Sequence record: NC_048845.1
DNA from: Escherichia phage flopper
Length of the DNA: 52,092 nucleotides
Direction: 5' to 3' (one strand)
Both the position numbers and the translations under genes were made by a program. The notes under the pieces were generated by a model, which was given only the letters and a program-made list of their open reading frames with translations, searched no databases and was not told the DNA's origin. This document shows, piece after piece, positions 18,653-28,468 of the stretch (its first letter is position 1; each line of letters opens with the position of its first letter).

Positions 18653-18999
18653 GTTAAGAATTCCGTAATGTCGCCATAGTCAGACAATGCAGTAAAGGAG
18701 ATTCCAAGTTTTCTGGCTCGATAGTCTGCATCAATATCTATAGATATTAGTTGCTGAACACCAGCAGTTCCACGAATGATATTGGCTATTGCTGCCTCAA
18801 TGTCCGAGGGACGCACTTGCTTTGTGAAGATTGCTTCGAACCACGGCAAGCCCAACGAACTGTCGAGCTTCCATTCTCCGAAGATTGTCAGCAATCTGCA
18901 CTTAACCAATTGAGCGACCTGAGCAGCACCTGAAATACGAGTTGTTCCACGACCAATAATAATGTCGTGGTTTGAATCAAGAGCTAAATTTCCAGCCAT
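18628..18999 (-). CDS. baseplate wedge protein (gpW/gp25-like)
   Basis: 123 aa; size and sequence character fit gpW/gp25-like proteins. Confidence 0.6.
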   Translation of the reverse strand: MAGNLALDSNHDIIIGRGTTRISGAAQVAQLVKCRLLTIFGEWKLDSSLGLPWFEAIFTKQVRPSDIEAAIANIIRGTAGVQQLISIDIDADYRARKLGISFTALSDYGDITEFLTWQQSNTA

Positions 19000-19814
19000 T
19001 ATTTCATCGGCCCAACGTCGCCGCCTTCTGGGTTAGTGTGAGTGTGGCCATCAACCTTAATACCATTAAGAGTGAGGGAACCAGTTTGGACCATGTTACC
19101 ATCCATCTTAAAGTTACCAGTGAACGTTGCAGTGGAGCCGTCTTTAGTCCCAGATACAGCCATGCCGCCCATCACTGTTAAAGATTTTGTAACGGTCGTA
19201 TCGCCATCCAATGTAATCTGCGGCGCTTTAACTGTAGCTTGCGACGTAACTTCAACGAGAATCTCCGAATCTTTTGTGATTTGAATCTTCGCAGCACCAG
19301 TAATGATTTCAATTAAACCATCACCATGCAGTGTTAGTCTTTGGCTCCTGTCTGCATTACGCAGTTCTGCTACTCCACCATTAAATCCCGGAATAACTTT
19401 AGTCAAAGGCTGAGTCCCAATGGTACATACGGCAGCATTGTGTGAGAACAGTTGGCTGAACTCTGGGGCAGGTCGCCCGTTTATTAAGCCAGCACTACTT
19501 TTATTCTCTGACAACCAATGGTCTATTCCTCGCTGGGAGAAATGGACATAACATGGAGTGCCATCTGGAACCGGATGAGTTAAACTCCAGCCGCCACCCT
19601 GAATAAATTGAACAGGAACACCCTGCAACCTTTGTTTTGGCTGCAAGGTGTAGGCTTCGGCATAACCCACGAACAAGTTTTCGATTGCAAGCTGGACTTC
19701 ACAAGTCTGTGTTGCTGCATCGAAGTTGTAGATGTGTCCTGGATAACTTGTGTTAATATCAGGAGCATTTTGGTTATTGTTATGACTAGCCACGTTCAAG
19801 TACACTCTCGTCAA
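18999..19814 (-). CDS. baseplate spike/hub protein (gpV-like)
   Basis: 271 aa with beta-rich C-terminal region ending GHTHTNPEGGDVGPMK (His-x-His at tip). Confidence 0.55.
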   Translation of the reverse strand: MTRVYLNVASHNNNQNAPDINTSYPGHIYNFDAATQTCEVQLAIENLFVGYAEAYTLQPKQRLQGVPVQFIQGGGWSLTHPVPDGTPCYVHFSQRGIDHWLSENKSSAGLINGRPAPEFSQLFSHNAAVCTIGTQPLTKVIPGFNGGVAELRNADRSQRLTLHGDGLIEIITGAAKIQITKDSEILVEVTSQATVKAPQITLDGDTTVTKSLTVMGGMAVSGTKDGSTATFTGNFKMDGNMVQTGSLTLNGIKVDGHTHTNPEGGDVGPMK

Positions 19815-20148
19815 TAATGAATAGGTAGAGTTGTCGGTAGCTTGTTACTTCTTCACCAGGGAATACTGTGTTAGCTGCATACATGTTTGGGAGAGGTGTC
19901 TTGTATTGCTTAAGAATATCAATACCGCATCGAATAGGGATTCCGAATATTTTATTCGTGGCTCCCCAAGCTAAGTCAAACATGTAGCAGTTTAAAGGTT
20001 CGTTTAAATATAGTGCAGACATTTTAACTGTTACACCATTAAACTCAAACGACACATCTTTCCTTATGTTGTAAGGAACACTTTTCACATATCCAGGGGG
20101 CAGAAGGTCAGCAATCTGTTTTAGGGCTTGATGTTCCTGCTCAATCAT
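19786..20148 (-). CDS. hypothetical tail/baseplate protein
   Basis: 120 aa in the tail block. Confidence 0.4.
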   Translation of the reverse strand: MIEQEHQALKQIADLLPPGYVKSVPYNIRKDVSFEFNGVTVKMSALYLNEPLNCYMFDLAWGATNKIFGIPIRCGIDILKQYKTPLPNMYAANTVFPGEEVTSYRQLYLFIIDESVLERG

Positions 20149-21032
20149 AGAATACGTCCCTTGATAGAAGAAAGTGGAGAAGCGAGTTTGCTCAACTTAC
20201 CTTTCAAGTTGGATAACTGTTTGGTTGGAGGAGTGCCAAGAGCACCAAGTCCCGGAAGTGGAACACCCCCAAGAACACCCATCCCCAAACTCTGCGCAAC
20301 CTTTGCAAATTCGGAGTAGTCAGACATTGATTCCATTGCCTTACGAGCTTCGCTGGCAAGAGCATCTTCTCCTACTGTTTGCAGCTCTTCAAACAAGATT
20401 TCAACCGACAACATTGCAGAAGTCATTTTATCATGTTTGGTTTTGATTGAGGTTACTACACAATTCAAATAGGGTCCCAGAATGGTGGAGATGTATAACT
20501 TCTGCCCCGTAACACGGAAGCTGTTAAACAAATCGTAAGTAGACTGGATTCGGTTGCTTGTCTCAAATGCAGAAGCAACACCACCAGCAATACCACCAAG
20601 AATTGGGATAACTGGACTATTGAAGATTGCACCAGAAGCAACAGACAAACCTTGTACAGATGCAGTCCACATGGATGAGTTCTGCATGTTGACAGCAACA
20701 GCGGTTAGCTTAAGCACCCTGTTCTGATTAATAACATGGTCGCTAACCAGGAACCCAGAACTAACAGGGAACTTGGTTACAGTTGTTTCCGATGCGTGTT
20801 CTTCGCTAACCATAGCATCGAATTTAAAGGAGTTAAAACTTTCGGTGGCAGACTCACCAACAACAGGTAAGCTCTCAAGAGATTTAGCAAACCCGCCAAA
20901 TAGCCCTGACTCCTCTTCCTTCTGTGTTGCAGGTCCGTTGGACCACATAACAATAGATGGATGATGCCCATAGCTGAAATTCTTCAAGCCAGAGGACACA
21001 CCACCAATGAGGTCGGTATCAAAGATAGACAT
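20145..21032 (-). CDS. tail/baseplate hub protein
   Basis: 295 aa between the tape-measure-like gene and the baseplate genes. Confidence 0.5.
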   Translation of the reverse strand: MSIFDTDLIGGVSSGLKNFSYGHHPSIVMWSNGPATQKEEESGLFGGFAKSLESLPVVGESATESFNSFKFDAMVSEEHASETTVTKFPVSSGFLVSDHVINQNRVLKLTAVAVNMQNSSMWTASVQGLSVASGAIFNSPVIPILGGIAGGVASAFETSNRIQSTYDLFNSFRVTGQKLYISTILGPYLNCVVTSIKTKHDKMTSAMLSVEILFEELQTVGEDALASEARKAMESMSDYSEFAKVAQSLGMGVLGGVPLPGLGALGTPPTKQLSNLKGKLSKLASPLSSIKGRIL

Positions 21033-22126
21033 TAAAATGACTCCATTGCCATTCCACTGTTAGCATACATTTCCTGCCACGCAGCTTCCTTACCGCCCAT
21101 CATTGTATTGCCACCCAGGATTGCAGTGATTGATGTTTGATAAGTGGTTGTGTGAGTCGAACCTTTATGCACAACTTCCATGATAAAGTATTTGTCTTCA
21201 ACAGCCCACCGGAATACGGACTGGTCTGTGTTAAGTACAATACCTTCCCCTGAAACAGAGGTCACACCATTGGCAAGTAGCTCATCTCCAAGCAAAGGAG
21301 ATACATCAAGAATCATCCCTGGTTGGAAAGATGGGTTTAGGAATGTGTTTAAAGTGTAGGTGCAGATTCCAGCAACAGGGTTTCCAATGACTGAGTTGGC
21401 ATCCAGCTTAACTGGCTCTCTGTCTTTGGACATTCTGTTTACTGCATCTTTATCACCAAAGGTGTCTGGGAAGATTTGGACTTCACCAGTTGTAACAGTG
21501 TATAGCAAGTTATACTCGCCAAGCATGTTACGAAATTCGTTTAAGAATGTGTCATGAAACACACGCCCACGAGGCATCACTGTTTCAAGGACTGAATCTT
21601 CAACACCAAATGTGGAGATGGTATTGAATCCATAGTCAGAACACATTGAGCGCATTGCATCAATGAGCTTGGTTCCAGGCTTGATTGCAGTCAACTGTTT
21701 GAAATCGGTGGATGCACCATATGCCTTGGAAATACAAAACAATTGTGTTACATGTTCAGGAGGCTTTCTGTAGCCAACTGCGTTTGTAATAATTCCGGAG
21801 AAGATGGTTGGCAAAGTGGTGTTTATTTCTATGCGGTTGCCTTGTTCGGCCTTCTGACCAAACTTTTTGACACCACCACTAGAAGCACCACGTTCATCTT
21901 CTGCATACCCTGCACGAATTTCAATATACATATCTCCGTAGGTCTTGTCCTGGAGGAACTTAACTTCTTCTAATGACAAGTTAAACAGAGTTATGTTTGC
22001 TGTATCGGCGGGCCACCCAACAGTAGAACGAACTTCAAAATCAATACGATGTGATTTAAATATTGTTCGAATGCTTGGGTCTTCTTTACGTGAAACTATT
22101 ACCTCAACTCTGCGTAGCCACGGCAT
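21032..22126 (-). CDS. tail protein (DNA-circulation/distal-tail-like position)
   Basis: 364 aa immediately downstream of the tape-measure-like gene. Confidence 0.5.
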   Translation of the reverse strand: MPWLRRVEVIVSRKEDPSIRTIFKSHRIDFEVRSTVGWPADTANITLFNLSLEEVKFLQDKTYGDMYIEIRAGYAEDERGASSGGVKKFGQKAEQGNRIEINTTLPTIFSGIITNAVGYRKPPEHVTQLFCISKAYGASTDFKQLTAIKPGTKLIDAMRSMCSDYGFNTISTFGVEDSVLETVMPRGRVFHDTFLNEFRNMLGEYNLLYTVTTGEVQIFPDTFGDKDAVNRMSKDREPVKLDANSVIGNPVAGICTYTLNTFLNPSFQPGMILDVSPLLGDELLANGVTSVSGEGIVLNTDQSVFRWAVEDKYFIMEVVHKGSTHTTTYQTSITAILGGNTMMGGKEAAWQEMYANSGMAMESF

Positions 22127-22154
22127 TGCAATATACCTATTGAAATTAATACAT

Positions 22155-22172
22155 ATTCAACTAATGTTAAAG
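22155..22172 (-). promoter_or_regulatory. conserved intergenic motif copy (candidate phage promoter)
   Basis: ATTCAACTAATGTTaaAG lies between the tape-measure stop and the next start, just downstream of the hairpin at 22179..22192. Confidence 0.35.
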
Positions 22173-22178
22173 TAAGCT

Positions 22179-22192
22179 GGGGATTTCTCCCC
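22179..22192 (-). terminator. GC-rich stem-loop after the tape-measure gene (possible terminator or processing site)
   Basis: ggggaTTTCtcccc hairpin 6 nt after the stop; no clean U-run follows. Confidence 0.3.
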
Positions 22193-22198
22193 AACTCA

Positions 22199-25100
22199 TT
22201 AACGTCTTTGTTGCGCACCGTTGTTCATGTTCATTTGTTGAGTCACAGTCTGACCACCAGGAATTGCAACTGTAGCAGAAGCAGTCTGGTTGTTGACCTT
22301 AGCATCAATCTTAACATTAACAACAGTTTGGGTTTGACCGTATGACATTCCATTACGAGTAAACCCTGTAGCACCTTCTTCCAGAGATTGAGAAGACTTG
22401 GACCATTCACGGAATGCTTTGACGCGATTCTGTGCTTGTACAGGAACAGCAGTCAGCCAATCCAATCCATTCTTATCAACAGCTTTGTCAACAGTGCCAG
22501 GACCATCTGTGTAAGCAGCCATTGCCTTTTCGTGGTCGCCATAACGCTTGTACATTGCGTCATAGTATTCACGACCAACTCGCGCATCATCTTCTGGAGT
22601 TCCATCAGACGGCCTGATTCCAAATCCTGGGTCACGGGCAGTCGAAGGGAGAATCTGCATTATCCCACGAGCACCAGTTGGACTTGTTACACGAGAACCA
22701 TCTTTGTTGTATTCACGACCGCCAGATTCCTCTTGGGCGATAAAGTCGTAAACATTTCCAGCAAATTCTCGCGTCTTATTCAGTCCAGTGCGTACACCGT
22801 CAAGTGCATCACTGCCAGCCTCAAATACAGAAGCACCATTAGATAAGACACTTTGTGGCACGTTGTAGCTTGGCAGCATCCGTGCGCGGCTTCCCTGCAA
22901 CATTTCCGATTGGGCCATACCTTCGGCAAAGTCGGAGTTTCTACCCGCTTCTACCACCGAACCAGCTTGCTCATGGCTGTATTCCGTGCGGTCATAGGCT
23001 CGCGCCATCCCATTCAGGCCAGCCATTTCAGCAGCACCTGCGATACGGGCCTGACTCCAGCCACGCTCCTTGCCCCTTTCCTGCATGATGCGAGCCAGGG
23101 CCACAGGGTCGCCGCCTGTCGCACGAATATCACCTATGGTGAGCAATCCCCTACTGCCGCGAACGATGTTCACAGCGGCGCTGGGGTCGCCGTTAAGCAT
23201 GGTGTTGTAGGCACTATGTGTGGTTTGATTCAGACGTGCCGCTTGTTGTGAATTGAGTCCTAACATCTCCAAGCCTTGCGACATAGAAGAATATTCATTA
23301 GGATTTATCACACCAGCATCAAGCGAGTTGCCGATAAAGTCATTCATGTATTCAGCAGCTTCATTGCCAATCTGAATGGCACCAATGCCTACGGCAGCCA
23401 TACGTCCCGCAGGAGTTGCCATCAATGCTTGCATAACTCCGTTGGTTGCTGAACCAATACTGCCACCAGCAATACCAGCAGCTAGTGAACCACCCATGCG
23501 ACCGTAGTCATCATAGTAGTTGCCACCACTTGTGAAGTTGCCGCCACGACCACCGCCACCGCCAGAATATCCACCGCCATTGGCAGCGTCAAATCTCTCA
23601 CGGTTCCAGCCCATTGAATCAGCTTTGCCGTCAAAGTCTGCATCTGCACCGATACCTTTCTGCCTGTTTTCTTCCTGAGCAGCAAGGATACCTTTCTTAA
23701 CAGACAATGCCATCGAGTCATTTCCGGTGTCACCATTACCAGTGGTTGCCGGAAAGTTTTGCTCGTGCAATACAAAGTTTGGCTTGTAGTCAGAGTAGGA
23801 TGCTTCTGGATTGTACGAAGAACGCGAACCAATAAACGGGTCTTCTGGGGTACCAGCAACAGCAGAATAGCCACGAGTAGACTTTTGACGAATATCTTTC
23901 CAGATTCCATCACCAGTCATTGCACTTCTTGCACCAGCAATCAGCTCTTCTCGCCCTAATCCAGCATTGTTTCTAACAAACTCTCGCCCAGCATCAAGAC
24001 GGCCAAGCACAGAATCAAGGCGATTTCGGTTTCTCTCGTACCATCCTTCGTCCTTCTCAATCCATTGTGAACGTGTTTCGTCGTTGATGGTTTGTGAGAA
24101 CAAAGCACGAGAACGGCCAGAAACGTGCATACCAAATTGAATTTGGTCCATGTAGTCTGGATGGTCGCCTTTAAGAAGGTCAGCAAACTTACCAGCCCTT
24201 TGCGGATTCTTGTGCTCCCAAATGGCATCATCCCCAATAAGACCATCAGGAGAATACATGAAGGCGGGATAGTTGTCATTTGTTATAGCGCCAGTTTGTT
24301 TGATATCAAATCCAAATTCCTTACTAACACGAGCGCGTGCTTCTTCTTCCGTCCTGTGACCATCAGCGAACATCTTCTTGGTGAAATCGCTGTGCTCTTT
24401 ACTACGAGATAGGCCAATCTTATCAATCATACCGGCCCAAGGTCGGGTGTATGGGTTGTTTCCTAAGAAGGTCCCAACAGTTGAGCCAGTTATGTCATAA
24501 TTTTTACGGAAGTCTAGCCACTCTTGGCTGCCCTGTTCTAAGTCGTGGAATCGGACGGGGGACTTGGAACGTCCTGTGCCATAGTCTGATACATCACGGA
24601 ATCCAGCACTATCCATGTTTGCAATCGCAAGTTCCTCGCGACGCATTCTTGCAGAGTTCCAATTGGTGGCCTCTCCAAGTTGTGCTGTAAAATCTGTAGA
24701 TGTTGACAGTGAATCTTTATCGACTCGCTGTGAAGCTCCCTTCATCTTTGGAATGCGAACAGGTTCGGCATCCATTTTATCATAAGTGTTTTCGAGGATG
24801 GCTCGAACACTTGATGCAGAATAAGCTGGCTCATCTGCAAGTTCAGAACGAAGGTTTTCGTATCCGCTTCTGGCTTCTTCCAAATCCGTGTAGCGTGTTG
24901 CACTATCAATAATCATGTCACGGTCAGATACTTCGTGACGAGTATTCAGCATCCCTTTGGAGCCAGAATAAACTTTGGCAGCAGATTTAACAGCTTCACT
25001 AATAGAAGAATACAAAGCCTTGCTTGGTGCACTCCAACCAGTGCCACCAGTTAATGATGCAGTGAGGGAGTATTCTGGATTTATGCCAGAACCATAAGAG

Positions 25101-25924
25101 CCAAGTGGTAGTCCAGATGCGTTAAGAGGTGCACGAGGATGCGCAATGCCAGAAACAATTGAAGGAGAACCAATCTGAGGGAGTGCATCCATGTAAGAAA
25201 TATGTGGGGCCGATTTATTTCCTACATTAGATGCGGATGTATACCCAACTTCCTTAAAGGCTGAGGGTAACTCTCGTTCCAGACGTTTGGCAACTCGACT
25301 AATGTCTCTTGCGTATTGTTCATGATTGCTGTATTGCTCACGGTCAACATACATGTGAGCCATGTAGTTATAGGAGTCAGCAATGTTTCCACGGTTGGTG
25401 GAGTATTCTGCCATAATATCCCCAGCATAGTGACCTGGGATTTCTGGCATAATGTCTTGATGCCCTTGCAAAGTATCTCGCATATAGGCATTAAGCATGT
25501 TGAAGTTACCTTGCGGTAAGTTCGGATTTGGCTTCGGCATGTGCATCCACACATCATCTGTGCTAACGCCAAGCCTTTCCATGTATGCGTGAACAGCTTC
25601 TACATGGTGTGATGGGCCATTCATTGCTGCATGAAATGCTTCTGTGTAGCCAGCACTTGAAAGCACTTGTGCAATGTGGGCAGCGTCTGAAATCATGGAA
25701 GAGTCACCCAAAGATTCAGTAATCAAACTGTCATCTTCGAACGACCCACCCATTAATTCTGCATTTGTATCCAGCCATCCCGAAGCAGCGCTCGCACTAA
25801 GTTGTTGAACCATGTGCGACTTCTTCATACCAGCATGGAAAGTCAGACCGCTTTGAGAGCCTAATGCAATTAACTCATTAACGCTCAACTTCATTAAATC
25901 TTTTTGATTAGCCATTGTCTTCAT
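22199..25924 (-). CDS. tape-measure-like multi-domain virion protein (nuclease + hydrophobic segment + SLT lytic transglycosylase)
   Basis: 1241 aa in the tape-measure position; aa ~460-575 QEWLDFRKNYDITGSTVGTFLGNNPY...SPDGLIGDDAIWEHK (YqaJ/lambda-exo-like); aa ~780-860 Gly/Ala-rich hydrophobic stretch; aa ~1055-1160 ESGGREYN...GIMQILPSTA...YY (SLT-like). Confidence 0.7.
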   Translation of the reverse strand: MKTMANQKDLMKLSVNELIALGSQSGLTFHAGMKKSHMVQQLSASAASGWLDTNAELMGGSFEDDSLITESLGDSSMISDAAHIAQVLSSAGYTEAFHAAMNGPSHHVEAVHAYMERLGVSTDDVWMHMPKPNPNLPQGNFNMLNAYMRDTLQGHQDIMPEIPGHYAGDIMAEYSTNRGNIADSYNYMAHMYVDREQYSNHEQYARDISRVAKRLERELPSAFKEVGYTSASNVGNKSAPHISYMDALPQIGSPSIVSGIAHPRAPLNASGLPLGSYGSGINPEYSLTASLTGGTGWSAPSKALYSSISEAVKSAAKVYSGSKGMLNTRHEVSDRDMIIDSATRYTDLEEARSGYENLRSELADEPAYSASSVRAILENTYDKMDAEPVRIPKMKGASQRVDKDSLSTSTDFTAQLGEATNWNSARMRREELAIANMDSAGFRDVSDYGTGRSKSPVRFHDLEQGSQEWLDFRKNYDITGSTVGTFLGNNPYTRPWAGMIDKIGLSRSKEHSDFTKKMFADGHRTEEEARARVSKEFGFDIKQTGAITNDNYPAFMYSPDGLIGDDAIWEHKNPQRAGKFADLLKGDHPDYMDQIQFGMHVSGRSRALFSQTINDETRSQWIEKDEGWYERNRNRLDSVLGRLDAGREFVRNNAGLGREELIAGARSAMTGDGIWKDIRQKSTRGYSAVAGTPEDPFIGSRSSYNPEASYSDYKPNFVLHEQNFPATTGNGDTGNDSMALSVKKGILAAQEENRQKGIGADADFDGKADSMGWNRERFDAANGGGYSGGGGGRGGNFTSGGNYYDDYGRMGGSLAAGIAGGSIGSATNGVMQALMATPAGRMAAVGIGAIQIGNEAAEYMNDFIGNSLDAGVINPNEYSSMSQGLEMLGLNSQQAARLNQTTHSAYNTMLNGDPSAAVNIVRGSRGLLTIGDIRATGGDPVALARIMQERGKERGWSQARIAGAAEMAGLNGMARAYDRTEYSHEQAGSVVEAGRNSDFAEGMAQSEMLQGSRARMLPSYNVPQSVLSNGASVFEAGSDALDGVRTGLNKTREFAGNVYDFIAQEESGGREYNKDGSRVTSPTGARGIMQILPSTARDPGFGIRPSDGTPEDDARVGREYYDAMYKRYGDHEKAMAAYTDGPGTVDKAVDKNGLDWLTAVPVQAQNRVKAFREWSKSSQSLEEGATGFTRNGMSYGQTQTVVNVKIDAKVNNQTASATVAIPGGQTVTQQMNMNNGAQQRR

Positions 25925-26542
25925 CTACTGGTTCGAGTTTCTTACGCAAATCGAGAATGTCGTGGAATAGCAATAAGTCCATAATCGAATAGGTTCCATC
26001 TTGCAACTCATGTAGCTTGCAGAGAGAACTGTCTTCGATTATAGGACGATGCAGAAAATATTTTATGTCGGGGAACAGGGATACTAAACTGTCTCCGGAC
26101 TCGAATTCTTCTGCTCTGCCAGCTTGGATGCTTCCTCCGCCTCCAATCGTCTCTGTTCGTTGATTTCGAGCCCTTGCTTGAAAAAATCAAGGAAGTTTGC
26201 TTCGAGCACGAAAGCAAAGACATGGCAAGACAACATCAATTCGCCATTGAACTGCATATCATATAATGCAGGTTTGATTTCTTGTCCATCTATGGACGAG
26301 TGCATGCTGATAACACGCTTAAACAATTCTGTGAATACGGTATGCTCTACTTGCTGCATCAAGTATATAATATCAGCGAAGTTATATTTACCTTCGATGA
26401 ATGGAAATACTCGTGAGCCTAACTTGCTTACCAACTCCGCGTGAAGAGACAGTGCAGCCGAAGCCGACAATTGTCGAACAACGACTAACACTGTTTCGCC
26501 TTTGGAGTTTGTGAATTCACGTTGAAGCAATTCACAAGCCAT
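25908..26542 (-). other. predicted -1 frameshift-extended tail chaperone product
   Basis: Slippery T TTT TTC at 26180..26186 in the zero frame; the -1 frame is open for 89 codons to TAA at 25908..25910, ending just inside the tape-measure start (25924). Confidence 0.5.
26084..26542 (-). CDS. tail assembly chaperone (zero-frame product)
   Basis: 152 aa between the tube and tape-measure genes; contains an in-frame T_TTT_TTC slippery heptamer. Confidence 0.6.
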   Translation of the reverse strand: MACELLQREFTNSKGETVLVVVRQLSASAALSLHAELVSKLGSRVFPFIEGKYNFADIIYLMQQVEHTVFTELFKRVISMHSSIDGQEIKPALYDMQFNGELMLSCHVFAFVLEANFLDFFKQGLEINEQRRLEAEEASKLAEQKNSSPETV

Positions 26543-26553
26543 ACTTACTCCAA

Positions 26554-27009
26554 TTAAACGCCAATCTCCGGATAAGAACCAGTCTTAATCTGGAGGCGCT
26601 CTACAAAGATAGACCACACGTTAGACGTGAAGGACACACCACGCTGAATTGCAGGTTGCTGCAAAATAGCGCCGTTTACACCATTGACCAGCACATCACC
26701 CATCTTGTCGACAATCTGAATCTGGAGCGGTTGCCACAGAGATTTGTTGCCAGACAGACCAGTTGCCTGAGTTAACTGAGCACGGCTGTACAAGATTTCG
26801 TTCCAGTCTGCGGTTTGCAGAAGCGGGAAAGTAATAGTACCAGACAAGTCAGCCGTAGTAGCTACAGCCAACTTACCATACGCGTCAATAACAGGTAGGT
26901 GTTGAGGTGCGTTACGACGAGCAGTGATGATGGAATTACCAGAGGTAAAACCATCTACACGAGCACCGTCGATAATGAGGTCGGTATTATAGAAAGAATA
27001 TTGTTTCAC
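26554..27009 (-). CDS. tail tube protein
   Basis: 151 aa directly downstream of the sheath gene. Confidence 0.6.
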   Translation of the reverse strand: MKQYSFYNTDLIIDGARVDGFTSGNSIITARRNAPQHLPVIDAYGKLAVATTADLSGTITFPLLQTADWNEILYSRAQLTQATGLSGNKSLWQPLQIQIVDKMGDVLVNGVNGAILQQPAIQRGVSFTSNVWSIFVERLQIKTGSYPEIGV

Positions 27010-27019
27010 TTATCGCACC

Positions 27020-28468
27020 TTACTGAACGAAGTTGCCAGAGATAACTGCACCCTGTAATGCGCCAGAGCCAATTGCAATGAAGGAAGTGCCTTCCCAGAT
27101 ACGAGCACCTTTCTGAGATTGCATCAGAGCCAAGTCAGTAGACAAGACTTTGTAACCATCAGGATAGAAGTTGCCTTCATTGTCGTAACCTGGAGCAATC
27201 AGACCATTGGTCACTGCCAGTTCCAGAGCCAGGGTTACTTGCTGGTTCACCAGTGCAACACCAGTGTCCGTCCAAGGAATCTTGGTAGTGGAAGTGTAGA
27301 ACAGGTTGAACACGTTAGCACGAATCTTGGAGGTTAGCCAAGAAACACCCTGCACGGTATCGAACCAAGTACCGTCAGCCATCTTGCCGTTGTAGAACAT
27401 AGTGTTCCCACCAACGTTGATGAATGCGTTACCGTTAACACGCTCAAGTGCAGCAAGCTGGTTCGGGGACAAGTCAGCAGTCTTGATAGCTGGACCTTGC
27501 TTAAACGCCAGAACGAGCGAGGAGTTTGCAACGTTGAAGTTAACAGTAGATGCACGACCCAGGATAGAAATCTCTGGATATTCGTCGCCATTGTCGGAAG
27601 CATCATACACCAGCAGGGTGCGCTGTAGATTCTGCTCTTTAGCCCGCTTGAAGCTAGATTCAGCACCAGCAACCAGAATCTGTTTATCACTGTCAGCCCA
27701 GCCAAACACTTTCTCGTTTGCTTCTGCCCACTTGGCAACAGTCATTTGAACATTGCCAGCAGCACTGCCACGATATTTGCGGTCGATTGCAACGAAGAAG
27801 AAGTTGAACGTCGAGTTCAAGATTGCGTTCAGGTCTGTTCCTACAGATACTTCATCAGTGCCATGCACATATACCGGACTTGAATCTGCATCAAGTTCGA
27901 ATGCTGGAGCAGCAGAGCCGTATACATCACCGATAATGGAGTTAGAGCCTTTAGACTCGGTCACAACTTTAAAGGTGCCTTCGCTATGAGTCATGGTTAC
28001 GGGAATACCCGCAGCAACCAGTGCAGCGTTTGCCATAGAGGCAGCAGCATCAAAGTCAGAGGCCGAAGAGAAGTTGATTGGGGCCGTAGAATGGTCTACA
28101 CCATCAACGTTAATAGACAGCACACCGTTAGTAAGCGCAGTGATAGTTCCCAGAGTTGCAGCAGCAGATGCAGTAACAGTGCCTGGAGTTGCCGGAGTAA
28201 CATCTTCATGAGTGATAGCACCCACGAGGAAATACTTCGGAGTCGGTTTCTGAGAGTACCATGCCAAAGCAGCTTGGTAGATTTCACCAGATGGGAAATC
28301 GGCAGAAACAGCAGCCATGCTGGAATACTGGCGAACAGGAACACGTTCACCTGGTGCTGGAACAAACTGCTTGCTCAAGAACAGTAGCGGACCAAAACCT
28401 TCCACGGCAACAGCGTTAGGGGATACCGCGATGTTGACCTGGATGATATCGGAAATTGGAATTGCCAT
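27020..28468 (-). CDS. contractile tail sheath protein
   Basis: 482 aa preceding the tube and chaperone genes in the myovirus-type order. Confidence 0.65.
   Translation of the reverse strand: MAIPISDIIQVNIAVSPNAVAVEGFGPLLFLSKQFVPAPGERVPVRQYSSMAAVSADFPSGEIYQAALAWYSQKPTPKYFLVGAITHEDVTPATPGTVTASAAATLGTITALTNGVLSINVDGVDHSTAPINFSSASDFDAAASMANAALVAAGIPVTMTHSEGTFKVVTESKGSNSIIGDVYGSAAPAFELDADSSPVYVHGTDEVSVGTDLNAILNSTFNFFFVAIDRKYRGSAAGNVQMTVAKWAEANEKVFGWADSDKQILVAGAESSFKRAKEQNLQRTLLVYDASDNGDEYPEISILGRASTVNFNVANSSLVLAFKQGPAIKTADLSPNQLAALERVNGNAFINVGGNTMFYNGKMADGTWFDTVQGVSWLTSKIRANVFNLFYTSTTKIPWTDTGVALVNQQVTLALELAVTNGLIAPGYDNEGNFYPDGYKVLSTDLALMQSQKGARIWEGTSFIAIGSGALQGAVISGNFVQ

Noticed and set aside
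26008-26223. The +1-frame ORF overlapping the chaperone 3' end as the frameshift extension.
   Set aside because: The in-frame heptamer T_TTT_TTC is a canonical -1 slippery site and the -1 frame runs exactly to the tape-measure start; the +1 ORF is shorter and has no recognisable +1 shift site. It is kept only as an alternative.
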